Assembly (NCBI GenBank): GCA_964016885.1
Contig: OZ024741.1
Span: 252,898,001 to 252,962,000 of the forward strand
Length of the DNA: 64,000 nt
Reading direction: 5' to 3'
Source of the DNA: Eledone cirrhosa
Taxonomy: Eukaryota
The notes below the pieces were generated by a model that saw only the letters and a list, made by a program, of their open reading frames with translations, ran no database searches and was not told the DNA's origin. How positions within the stretch are numbered: the first letter of the stretch is position 1; each line of letters begins with the position of its first letter. Below are positions 1-16,634 of the stretch, in pieces. The translations under genes were made by a program, and so were the position numbers.

Positions 1-294
1 TTCTGGAAGAAATCTGCTGTATTCAGACCTGGAGAGGAAATGGGCTCTGCCAAACTTAAGAACTGCCCTAGAAACACCATATACCACTATGGTGTCACTA
101 TGACTCCATCCTAACTATTCTATAGTGTATTGTGCCTGTTTAGTGATGATATGTTATATTCTATACAATGGTAATGCTCATTTGCATACGGTGCAAACTT
201 AGTGGGTTATAATTAATTAGCAGTAACAGTTAAGATAGTGTTAAGCACAATAGGAGTGTATATCAAATCATAAACTATATGCTTATATATAATA

Positions 295-487
295 GTTTCT
301 GATTTGGGCACAAGGCCAGTAATTTTTTGGGGGGGAGTTGATTAAATCGATCTCAGCAAATGATTGGTACTTGATTTTATCGACCCTGTATGGATGAAAG
401 GCAAAGTTAACCTTGATGGGATTTGAACTCAGAACATAAAGGGACATAACTTTATACTGCAAAGCATGGGGTCCGATGCTCTACTAA
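295..487 (-). mobile_element. tRNA-derived SINE, group A (Meta-domain-like), degenerate
   Basis: Reverse complement matches the 17527-17718 and 19630-19820 copies: GAGTTCAAATCC B-box, then AACTTTGCCTTTCATCC...GGTCGATAAAAT...GTACCA. Confidence 0.8.
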
Positions 488-959
488 ATATATGAGAGCC
501 TTGTTATTAAAATATTATTTTGTTATGAAAAAATTACTTTTTCCTCTTTTGTTCTGTGAACATGTCACGGAGCAATATTTTTCTTTGATAATGACGCGCT
601 AATATGTTTATCTATATACTACTAAAGTTCTGTGATAGCTTGCTTGCTTGCTTGTGTGTAATGTAATACAACCAAAAGGGCACATAATGGGAAAATACTT
701 TGAAAGGAAGTTACCCCTGAAATGGGAACACAAATGGAATAAAACAAATTTCGCGTAAATCGAAGCACGGGTTCCCGAGATATGGGGCTTTCTGGGTACC
801 TTCATAAACAGAGAGAGAGAAGGATAGAGAGAAAGAGATAGTGGTTGTGAGAGAGTAGATTGAAAGAAAGACATAGAGAGAGGGAGAGGAGACAGAAGGA
901 GAATGGAAGAGAGAGAGAGAGACAGAGAGCTGGTGGTGTTGTTGTGTATACATATATGA

Positions 960-1007
<48 letters not shown>

Positions 1008-1320
1008 ATATGTGTGTCTATGACTAGTGTATATAGATAACAGACACTCACATATATATATACACACACACAGATACATATATATGTATACAAACACACT
1101 CATATATATATATATACATACACACACGTATATATATATATATCGGCCTTCCAGTTTCATTTCACATTATATACATGTCTGTGTATATTTTAATTATTTA
1201 AAAATTATTTTAAAGTGAACATGACTCAATGTGACACGGGTGGTCTAGTTATATATAAACATACAGTGTAAACCTTTATATATACTCCTTGTTGGTATCA
1301 CAACAAACAGGCTCCAGCTC

Positions 1321-1800
1321 ACACTGTAAAGTGGTTGTGTAGGTGTCATGGCAAAAAGCACCTACCTCACACTGTAAAGTGGTTGTGTAGGTGTCATGGC
1401 AAAAAGCACCTACCTCACACTGTAAAGTGGTTGTGTAGGTGTCATGACAAAAAGCACCTAGCACACACCGTAAAGTGGTTGTGTAGGTGTCATGGCAAAA
1501 AGCACCTACCTCACACTGTAAAGTGGTTGTGTAGGTGTCATGGCAAAAAGCACCCACCTCACACTGTAAAGTGGTTGTGTAGGTGTCATGGCAAAAAGCA
1601 CCTACCTCACACTGTAAAGGGGTTGTGTAGGTGTCATGGCAAAAAGCACCTACCTCACACTGTAAAGTGGTTGTGTAGGTGTCATGACAAAAAGCACCTA
1701 GCACACACCGTAAAGTGGTTGTGTAGGTGTCATGACAAAAAGCACCTAGCACACACCGTAAAGTGGTTGTGTAGGTGTCATGACAAAAAGCACCTAGCAC
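1321..1800 (+). repeat. 10 x 48-bp tandem repeat inside an RTE/SINE 3' tail
   Basis: Unit ACACTGTAAAGTGGTTGTGTAGGTGTCATGGCAAAAAGCACCTACCTC; runs directly into the tail at 1801. Confidence 0.95.
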
Positions 1801-1970
1801 ACACTGTAAATGTGGTTGGCATTAGGAAGGGCATCCAGCTATAGAAACCAAGCCAGAAACAGTTCTGTATGAGCAAGACACAGTCACCTCACCCAGCTTG
1901 CCTCAAACAGGACAACCTATCTAATCCATGCTAGTGTGGAAAATGGATGTTAAACGATGATGATGATGAT
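1801..1970 (+). mobile_element. RTE-type 3' tail (LINE or SINE fragment)
   Basis: GGTTGGCATTAGGAAGGGCATCCAGC...CCATGCTAGTGTGGAAAATGGATGTTAAAC(GAT)n, the same tail that follows the RTE ORF at 10835-11002. Confidence 0.85.
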
Positions 1971-2794
1971 ATATATATATAAAATATGAGTTGAATATGA
2001 ACTTAATGTTTTTAATTATATAAATACAAATTAATCAGTACACAACTAACAGAAATTAATTTCATACAAAATTTATTGCTTTTTATTTTTAAGGGAAAGA
2101 TAGGCTTCTAGAAAGATTCACAGGGAAATATTTTGTTTTTCTACTGACCAATTTCAGCTATGGATAGCTTTTCAATGTTTCAGTTTCAATGTTACATGTG
2201 TGCTGGTATTTTGTGTGAGGGTATATATGTATGTATGATATAAAAAGGTTTGCATCCAATGATGTAAACCAGTTCTACTTTTGGGGTGAATGCTTTCGAT
2301 GTTCAGAGAGTGGGATTGACCCACGTAAAGTCTTTCCTCACTTAAAAAAAGCTTCAAGCACAAGCTTGATATATGATATTTTTTGCTATGCATGGCATTG
2401 CTGGCCACAGGCATGTCCCTAGCAGAACTAAAAAGCCACATCCATGATGATCATACTCAAGTAAAAAGCGATAGCATTACTCAAAGTTGAGTTGCAGCCA
2501 TCATCATCATCATGTATGTATATATAAATATGGGAAGGGAAAAAAATTTCGAACTGCTGAAAATATTCATGCAATTTTAAGACTGAAACTCTCTTTGGGG
2601 ATGTATGTAAATTTCAAGAAACAAGTAAGGGAAATAACTCCTATAGTCTGAGTTGATATAAAGCTTTTGAACTATTTTTGGACAATGGAGTGAGAATGAA
2701 ACTTGACATTATGTCAACTCAATGGAATCAAGAAAAAATATTTCGAGTTTAGTTCTCTGCAACTTAACAGGCTACTGGATCAACCTCAATGACA

Positions 2795-6450
<3,656 letters not shown>

Positions 6451-6739
6451 GTAGTGGGGACAGGAATAGATCAATATTATACACTGACAGAGATATGGGG
6501 GAAAATAATGGTGGTGGATGTCTTTTATCAATCGATATTGTCACCTCCCACGCCATACATCCTACCTTTTCCCTTATGTGACATAGTGATGGAAGAGAAG
6601 AAGGGAGGGGGTATCACATTCTCTCATTTTTTTTGTTTCCACATTTTTTTCCTATAACTTTTTCTGTATTTTATTTCATTTTTACATTTTTATATCTTCT
6701 TATCCTACATCTACAAATTCCCCCTCTCTTAGTACAGTC

Positions 6740-7177
6740 CCACTACTACGACCACCACAACTACCACTCTACCACCACCACCACCACCACCACCACCACC
6801 ACCACAACTACCACCACTGCTACCACCACTACTACCACTACCACTACCACCACCACAACTGCCACAACCATCACCAGAGTCACCACAACTACTACCACCA
6901 CCACCACAACCACATCTACCACCACCACCACAACTACCACCACCATCACAACTACCATCACCACCACAACCATCACCACAACCACCACTGCCACCACCAC
7001 AACCACAACTACCACCACCACCACCACCACCACAACTAGCACCACCACCACCACCACCACCACCACCACCACAACTACCACCACCACCACAACTACCACC
7101 ACCACCACAACTACCACCACCACCACAACTACCACCACCACCACCACAACTACCACCACCACCACAACCATCACCAT
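6740..7177 (+). repeat. (ACC/ACT)n trinucleotide repeat
   Basis: Directly visible; source of the poly-Thr and poly-Val pseudo-ORFs. Confidence 0.95.
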
Positions 7178-7509
7178 ATTTCTTCTCACCTCTGTCCCCT
7201 TGTCAAATCTTTTCATGCAAGATCTGCTGCGCCTATTCAATCACCCCCTTAAAAAAAATATCCCCATCACCCTTTTTCCGCTCCCATCTCTGCACCGGTT
7301 CTACACTGTAGTGTTCCTTTTATTTTGCCAGTTCCCCACAATTTTTTTCTCTCCTCCCATTTTTTTTTAATGTCCCCTGGTTTATGGCTTTTTTTGTGTG
7401 TGAGTTGCTTTCTGTTTGAATCTTTCTGTCCAAAGAAGTGCACACGCAAACTCTATGCACAGATATATACACAAACACACACATATAGGTATTGCAAATC
7501 TATTTCCTA

Positions 7510-8311
<802 letters not shown>

Positions 8312-8544
8312 TTATTACATATATCTTTATTTCATATAGAAATAACTTCTACATGAGTCGAACTGCTTCCTTCATATAAAACCATGAGGACATTCCTGAT
8401 GATTTCATATGAATGAAACAATTCTAATTTTTTAGAAGTTATCTCTATATATAATAATGATGCCTATACTCTACCAATGTATTGAATACCTTTTTTAACT
8501 GTGGTTATTTCCTGATCCCCATCATGATTCCACAGATAATATGG

Positions 8545-8835
8545 TCGTTTTGGTGTCATGACAAAAATATTCTACTTCACAGTTTATAGTGGTTGTCTTG
8601 GTGCCACAATAAAAAGCACTCAGTCAACTCTGTACAGTGGTCATCTTAGTGCCATGATAAAAGCACCCAGTCCACACTTTAAATGTGGTTGGCATTAGGA
8701 AGGGCATCAACTGTTGAAACTAAGCCACAAACCATTCCATATGAGTGAAGACAGTCATCTGATCTGACTTATCTCACTATGGGACAGCACATCTAACCCA
8801 TGTTAGAGTGGAAAAATGGCTGTTTAATAGCGATG

Positions 8836-8840
<5 letters not shown>
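8545..8840 (+). mobile_element. degenerate RTE-type 3' tail with ~48-bp subrepeats
   Basis: Similar to 1321-1970. Confidence 0.7.
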
Positions 8841-8906
<66 letters not shown>

Positions 8907-9032
8907 CCTTGATAATGTAAACATTAAACTTATTCATTCCTTTGTCCATAGAGCTTAAATCTAATTGCATCATCATTCACTGATTGGTGTGTTGCCTACA
9001 CAACCCTGATTAGTCAACATTTTATAACATAA

Positions 9033-9095
<63 letters not shown>

Positions 9096-9120
9096 CTGAG
9101 TTTTTTTGAATACTAATAAT

Positions 9121-9305
9121 TGTTTCTACTTTTGGCACAAGGCCAGCAATTATCCCAGTGCATTACTGGTACTTTATTTTATTGACCCCGTAAGGATGAA
9201 AGGCAAAGTTAACCTCGGCGGGATTTGAACTCAGATCATAAAGGGAGGTAACTCTATGCTTCAAAGCATGGCACCCGACCCTCTACCAATACTGCCAATC
9301 CACCA
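9121..9305 (-). mobile_element. group A SINE with 19-bp TSD
   Basis: Near full-length; TTTTTTGAATACTAATAAT at 9102-9120 and 9306-9324. Confidence 0.9.
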
Positions 9306-9732
9306 TTTTTTGAATACTAATAATACTATTTGATTCGTTTGCAATTATGCAAACAGCCTCTTTTAAGCCATTCTACAGTTCTGTTTACATGCCAACACAA
9401 GAGCAAGAATGAGGGGCTCATTCTACTTACATGGCTGAAAAGAGGCTGCTTGCATAATTGCATTTTTGCAAAATTACATTTATTGTATTCAGCCATGTAT
9501 AGCGATAACTTTTTGTTAGCAATTTGAATATGGCAAAGCCGGCCATTAATCTCTGGTATACAGGAAACTGACTGGATTATCTGCTGATATGAAAATCTGG
9601 ATGATCAGTGGATCTGCTAAGATGAAGATCTGACTGATCAGCGAGTCTGCTAATATGCAAATCAGGCTGATCTGTATATTTTAGAAAATATCATATATTT
9701 TCACTAGCTCTGACAGTTGGCAGGTGAACAGT

Positions 9733-9783
9733 GAATTGTACTGATGAAGCGTAATCACCCAGAAACATTAGTGTCTACAGTTC
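9733..9783 (+). ncRNA. type I hammerhead ribozyme motif (stem II degenerate)
   Basis: Stem I GAATTGTA/TACAGTTC; CTGATGA 9741-9747; GAAA 9762-9765; near-palindromic stem III ACATTAGTGT; GTC triplet ending at 9775. Confidence 0.7.
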
Positions 9784-10276
9784 TGTTTACATGCCAACAC
9801 AAGAGCAAGAATGAGGGGCTCATTCTACTGACATGGCTTAAAAGGGGCTTGTTTGCATAATTGCAAACGAATCGAATATTATTATTAATATTCGAAAAAC
9901 TCAGATTGCATTTATTGTATTCAGTCATGTAGAGCGATAACTTTTTGTTAGTTATTTTATATATATACATAATAATAATAATAATAATACTATTTATAGT
10001 TATGTATATAGTATAAACAACTATAAACAGGAAGGTCAGTAATTTCCTATTACCTTATTACCACTAAGAGAAATAGTTCAATGTAGGAACATGAGTTGTT
10101 TTACAGAGCAGGAAAATTAATAAATTATACAATTATCAAAGTTGTGTCCAAATCATTTAATAGCTGACAATCGTTTCTTCCAAACTCTCATTTGGAGTCA
10201 TCGGAGCATTATCAATGTTTGTACATATAATTAACCTCCTATTCAACTGAACAATAATATAGATACATATATATTC

Positions 10277-11002
10277 GAAGCTTGCATGCTCCGCTGGATG
10301 TGTAACAGTAATATACGTGAACGGCAGAGCATAAACGAACTAAGGAAAAAATTAGAAATAAGAGGGATCAGATGTTGTTTACTCGAGAGAAGGCTACGTT
10401 GGTATGGACACGTGATGCGCATGAAAGTCGATAGCTGTATAACAAAGTGCAGGGCAATAAAGATAGACGGTAGCCACGGAATAGGCAGACCTAGAAAAAC
10501 CTGGGACGAGCTGATAAACTCCGACCTCACACACTTACACCTCTCCAAGACAATGTCACTGGACCGAGACCTTTGGCGGTACTCAGTAACAGAGAAGACC
10601 CGCCTTACCTAAATACAAAGTAAAACCTACTACAGCCAGTAGGCATCTCTAACAAAATACCCCCCCCCCCACCCCCCACCCCATCCACACCACCCCCTTC
10701 TATGTAAAGTTATGTCGGTGCCACACCATCCAGGCCGAAACAAATGGGATTGTGTAGGTGTCACGACAAAAAAACACACAGTTCACGCTGTAATGTGGCC
10801 GTGTAGGCAACACGGTAAAAACCTCCCAGACCCACACTGTAAATGTGGTTGGTGTTAGGAAGGACATCCAGCCGTAGAAAACCTGCCAGACAGTCCTATG
10901 CGGGCAAGACAATCACTCTTGCCTCAAGTGGGACTACCCCCGTCCAAACCCATGCAAGCATGGAACACGGACGTTAAACGTTGATGATGATGATGATGAT
11001 GA
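10277..11002 (+). mobile_element. 5'-truncated RTE-clade LINE (ORF C-terminus + 3'UTR + (GAT)n tail)
   Basis: ORF 10286-10612 contains MLRWMC...RRLRWYGHVMRM...GRPRKTW...DRDLWR, typical of an RTE C-terminus. Confidence 0.9.
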
Positions 11003-11012
11003 TATATTGATG

Positions 11013-11285
11013 TTGTGAGCAACAGTTTCGTATTTACAGGGTGGAATGGATGTGACATATATTTTACGATAATTGTACAAAAATTCAAATTCAAATTCAA
11101 ATTCAAATTAAAAGCACAGATAATACAGGAGAATAGAATAGTCTATTCTCCTGTATTATTTGTTGCATGTATTCCACTCTGTGCTTTTAATTTGAATTTC
11201 AATTTGAATTTGAATTTTTGTACAATTATCGTAAAATATATGTCACATCCATTCCACCCTGTAAATACGAAACTGTTGCTCACAA
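11013..11285. repeat. near-perfect inverted repeat (108-bp arms) with a nested 17-bp hairpin
   Basis: 11013-11120 is the reverse complement of 11178-11285 (one mismatch seen); inner TAATACAGGAGAATAGA-ATAG-TCTATTCTCCTGTATTA at 11121-11158. Confidence 0.95.
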
Positions 11286-11559
11286 ATCAATATATATGTA
11301 TCAAAAGTGTGAATATTTTGGTTAGATAAAAAAGAATTATGATAATGGTTCATGCCCATTGTCATCCCACGATCAACACAAGATGCCTTTTCACTGATAT
11401 TGCTTCTTTAAATATTTTATAAATTCTCTGATGACACAAGAATGAACAAAATTAATATTTATATCTACTTCCTTAATTCATTGCTCAGATTATATTATAT
11501 AGATACATCTATATGCAAATAATAGAACTTGAGCAAGATTTTTCACTATTTCTTATGGT

Positions 11560-12020
11560 TGGTAGGAGCCTCCAGTCATGTCAAGGCATAATAACCTCCC
11601 TAGTGTTGGTGATTCACAAGTTAAATGCACCCTGTACACACTGTAAAGTAGTTGGTGATAAGAAGGGTATCCAGCCATAGAAAACTTGCCAGACAAAGGG
11701 TCGGGGGGACCCTTTAGTTATGTCAAGGGCATGACAAACTTCCTAGTGCTGGTGATTTACACAATAAAAGCACCGAGTACACACTGTAATGATGTTGGTG
11801 ATAAGAAGGGCATCCAGCCATAGAAATCATGCCAAACAAAGGGTTGGGTGGACCCTCAGTGGTGACTCAGGCAAGACAACCTCTCTTGAGCATTCGATGG
11901 AAAGTGAGACTGTACATAAGTGCACAGGTTCCTGGCCTGCCTAGGATATCAGTGGCTCTGCTTCAGTACTGACTTGTTTTATATGGACCAGTCCAACCCT
12001 TGCTAGCCATAAAGTGGACA
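11560..12020 (+). mobile_element. old RTE-tail-related repeat with an internal duplication
   Basis: Two CACACTGTAA..GTTGGTGATAAGAAGGG.ATCCAGCCATAGAAA blocks, then a degenerate tail end. Confidence 0.6.
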
Positions 12021-12313
12021 TGTATGTGTGTGTGTATATATATATATACATATATATAAAGGTGAATGAGATATTTATTTTGGGTTACTTTAGTTAAGGT
12101 TTGGAATAATCTGTAACCTGGCGATGAAATATATGTTAATGCTTGAAAAAGCCTATTATATTGCTTATTCGTGTTAATCCTCTTTTTATCATATATATAT
12201 ATATATATTTTATCATATATATATATATGAATGAAACAATTCTAATTTTTTAGAAGTTATCTCTATATATAATAATGATGCCTATACTCTACCAATGTAT
12301 TGAATACCTTTTT

Positions 12314-12812
12314 GAAGGCGTGTGGCTGAGTGGTTAGAGAATTGGATTCGCAATCGTAAGGTTGTGAGTTCGATTCCTGGACCAGGTGATGCGTTATGTC
12401 CTTGAGCAAGACACTTTATTTCACGTTGCTCCTTCTACCTGGAGTTGCGACCGATAGATAGTATTAGCAATTGGAAAGACCAATGGAAACATTGTTCCCT
12501 CGGTCCGATTTGATGAAAGTCGATCGTTCCTTTTTTTATAGACCGGGTGATGTGTTGTTTCCTTGAGCAAGGTACTTTATTTCACATTGCTCCAGTTTAC
12601 TCAGCTGTAGAAATGAGATGATAGGGGCTGGGGTCCCTATCATTCCACTGCAAAGTGGTCGTGTAGGTGCCACGGCAAAAACCACCCAGCACTCACTGTA
12701 AATGAGGTCGGTGTTAGGAAGGGCATCCAGCTGTAGAAATCAAGCCAGAATCAGTTCCCGTCCCCCCTTGCAAGCAGGGAAAAGTGTAAAATGATGATGA
12801 TGATGATGATGA
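12314..12812 (+). mobile_element. tRNA-derived SINE, group B (CORE/V-like domain, RTE-type tail), apparently composite
   Basis: A-box TGGCTGAGTGG, B-box GAGTTCGATTCC, GTCCTTGAGCAAGACACTTTATTTCAC; a second body starts at ~12540 and ends in (GAT)n. Confidence 0.8.
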
Positions 12813-13507
12813 TATATATATACAGTCTGAGACTTTACACTCATACAAAATTTTCCATTAATTTACCCTGTAGATTACACTTTGGATGGTTCACTTTATT
12901 CTATTTGTTGATTGGAGAAACAATCTTAAGTTTGATATTTTAGCTTATTACAATGCACATGACTAGAACTCTTTCATTAGATATATATGTGTATATGTGT
13001 TTATATATAAATACATATGTTTTTAAGTGTGTATGCACATCTGTATGTAAATATGCATGTTTACAAGCTGGTTTACTTGTGTATACATATTTAGCTGGAA
13101 TCCATCTAGTTGGCAAACCTAGTTGGCATTTGATGTCACTAGCCAATGGTCAGTAGAGACTGAGTCATTGGCCAGAACAACGATGGTGTTATTGCAATTT
13201 GTGACCATGTGAAACAAAGCCAGCAGACTGATCATTGTTTTATAGGAGGACAAGTGCAGGAATCTTAAGCAGCAAGATGGTAATATGGTAATGTCCTTCA
13301 TCCACTGCAATAACCACCTTCAAGATTGCTAGGAGTAGAACAATCAATATGATATGGTAAAAAAGTTAGTTTTTCCCAAGCCATCAGGCTTATCAGGTCA
13401 GTGTTTATTCCCAGTTTCATCTTTCATCACTGTTAGCAATGGATGTGTGTATACTTGTCGAATGTTTGTATTCATGTGATGTCAGCTGATATCTATCCAT
13501 CTCTCTT

Positions 13508-13567
<60 letters not shown>

Positions 13568-13570
<3 letters not shown>

Positions 13571-14227
13571 GTATATATATAAAATTAGGTATATGTGTGT
13601 GTGTGTCTGTCTGTGTATTACCTATAGGGTCCTACATCTTACGACCGATTTTCATGAAACTTTACAGGCTCATAGATTAGTCATTTCTATATATCAGCGT
13701 ATCATTTTTTTTATTCCGGGGTCATTCTGCAGATAAAAATCGATAGGGGGTCACCTTTTTTTAGGTATCGAAAAATAAGATTTTTGGCTCTAGCACATTT
13801 TGCCACCGATTTCGTTCAAATTTTAAAGCAAAATAGAATTTATCATTGCCCATCCTGTAATGGCTTTATATTTTGCCTTTGTTGTTCAATATTCAAAAAT
13901 ACCACTTTTAAACTCAAATTTCCACTTTTTTGGCTCTAGCTCCCACATTAATCAACCTACTTTGTTCAAATTTTACACTACGCTAGATCTGATTATTTCA
14001 CGTCTTAAAGTGGCTTTACATTTTGGATTTTTTGTTCAGGAACGGCATGGCATGCCCCTTCGTCAGTCACCCACGTTTCTCAGTGATAGAGGTCATCACC
14101 ACCCTCCCCCGTATGGCCTGTGTGTGGCCATAGATGAGTCATCGAGAAGCAGTGGCTAAGATCAAGACCTTTTCATCAAAGCAGATATTATTTTACCTAT
14201 CCAGGCAACACTGCGTACTGTTGCTAG
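13568..14227 (+). mobile_element. non-autonomous Helitron-like element
   Basis: 5' TC..TATATATAAAA, (GT)n/(GTCT), ACCGATTTTCATGAAACTT; 3' degenerate hairpin CCAGGCAACACTGCG then CTAG; sits between A and T. Confidence 0.7.
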
Positions 14228-14366
14228 TATATATATATGTATGAGAAAGACATGGTCACCTGACCTACCATTGCCCACAAAAGGTTAACTCGTCTAACCC
14301 ATGCTAGCGGGGGAAAATGTATGTATGATTGCAAGGCGAATGCTCTAACCACTAAGCCATGTGCCT

Positions 14367-15328
<962 letters not shown>

Positions 15329-15374
15329 ACTTCGATTCTACTTACTCTATTTACACTACAACCACCTTAATTCT

Positions 15375-15752
15375 GGAATACAGCCCAACGCAATTTTGGG
15401 GCAGGGGGAAGTCGATTGACCCCAGTACGTTACTGGTGCTTTATTTTATTGAACTTCTAAGGATAAAAGGCAAAGCTAACTTCAGCGGGATTTTAACTCA
15501 GAATGTAAAGGGCCGTAACTCTCTGCTGCAATGCATGGCGTCCGACGCTCTACCGATACTGCCAATCCACCGACCTATAATAATAATAATAATAATAATA
15601 ATAATTGTTTCTACTTTTGGCACAAGGCCAGCAATTACCCAGTACATTACTGGTACTTTATTTTATTGACCCTGTAAGGATGAAAAGCAAAGTTAACCTC
15701 GACGGGATTCAAACTGAGACCGTAAAGGGATGTAACTATGCTAGAAAGTATG
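15375..15752 (-). mobile_element. two adjacent group A SINE copies
   Basis: 15375-15575 and 15604-15752 both match the group A pattern. Confidence 0.8.
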
Positions 15753-15770
15753 GCAATAATAATAATAATA

Positions 15771-16620
15771 ATATGTCAGTTAATATTACCTAAACAAAAT
15801 GTAAATTCATTGCTTACTTTCCTGCTTTTCTCATGCCTTTATAACTATATATCTACAAATTGTCTTGGATACATTTTGTCTAGACAATATCAATTGATGT
15901 ATTATTGTATTATTATATTTCAACTAATAATTATAATTTTTAGAAGAGCTCAATTATGGACCTAAAGAGCATTTGTCTTTAGCATTATTGTAAGCCCATA
16001 TGATTGGCAAGCAAAATGATTGGTATATTGTGTATTGATCCAAATTATTATATTGTATTTCTGCCTTTACATTAGTTGAGCTGAATTATGGACCTAATGC
16101 AGAACTATTTTTAGCATTCTTGTTGGGCCTGCCTCTATCCTTCTGCTTAAGCAGCATCTACACATGCGTTGACAGTTTATGTTGACTACATAGCTGATAA
16201 CAGAAATATGTGTATTTTAGTAATATGCCGCCTACTGATGATGAGCTGTGGTGTCTATGTGGTGTCAATGCTTGTTATCTAATAATGGTAATTGGTATTA
16301 TTTCTTGTCAGCCCAAAACAGCTGTATAGGCATCTGTTAAGGAATCGATATTAACCATCTTCATGTAAGTTCATTGCTGACTTTCTCACTTTTCTTATAC
16401 CTTTATATCTATATATCTACACGTGGCCACAGGTACATTTTGTCTAGGTAATATTAACTGATGTATTATTGTATTTCTATTCCTAATAATCTTAATTTTT
16501 AGTAGAGCTGAATTATAGATCTAACAAGGGGCTGTGTTCAGCATTCCTGTCAGCACGTGCGATTGCCAGTCAATATGATTGATATTTTGTGTATTGATCA
16601 AAATCATAATTTTGTGTATA
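15771..16620 (+). mobile_element. older Penelope-like/retrozyme element (inverted 5' piece + diverged direct repeat + decayed HHR)
   Basis: ~15797-16060 resembles ~16362-16620 (offset ~565); 15771-15802 approximates the reverse complement of 16433-16464; HHR remnant at 16230-16331. Confidence 0.65.
16230..16331 (+). ncRNA. decayed type I hammerhead motif (G12 lost)
   Basis: GCCTA-CTGATGA-tGAGCTG...CAGCCC-aAAA-CAGCTG-TA-TAGGC; palindromic stem III ACAGCTGT. Confidence 0.6.
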
Positions 16621-16634
16621 TATATATTTATATA

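Larger units (their letters stand above)
9092..9960 (+). mobile_element. non-coding Penelope-like/retrozyme element (inverted 5' piece + partial direct repeat + HHR), interrupted by a SINE
   Basis: Direct repeat 9372-9520 vs 9774-9950 (offset 402); 9092-9120 plus 9325-9371 is the reverse complement of ~9832-9908; HHR motif at 9733-9783; flanked by (TA)n. Confidence 0.7.

Noticed and set aside
1276-1844. Cys/His-rich repetitive ORFs, or a CRISPR-like array
   Set aside because: Head-to-tail 48-bp retroposon module with no unique spacers; eukaryotic context and no cas genes.
2172-2480. Short complex-sequence ORFs (also 13119-13310 and 60942-61154)
   Set aside because: No recognisable domain or splice context; possibly ancient TE debris, needs a homology search.
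8397-8430. CTGATGA-tTTCATATGAAt-GAAA motif
   Set aside because: Stem II is present but stems I and III are not; at most a remnant.
12316-12385. tRNA-like sequence
   Set aside because: SINE head with A/B boxes running into a CORE-like body; no convincing cloverleaf.
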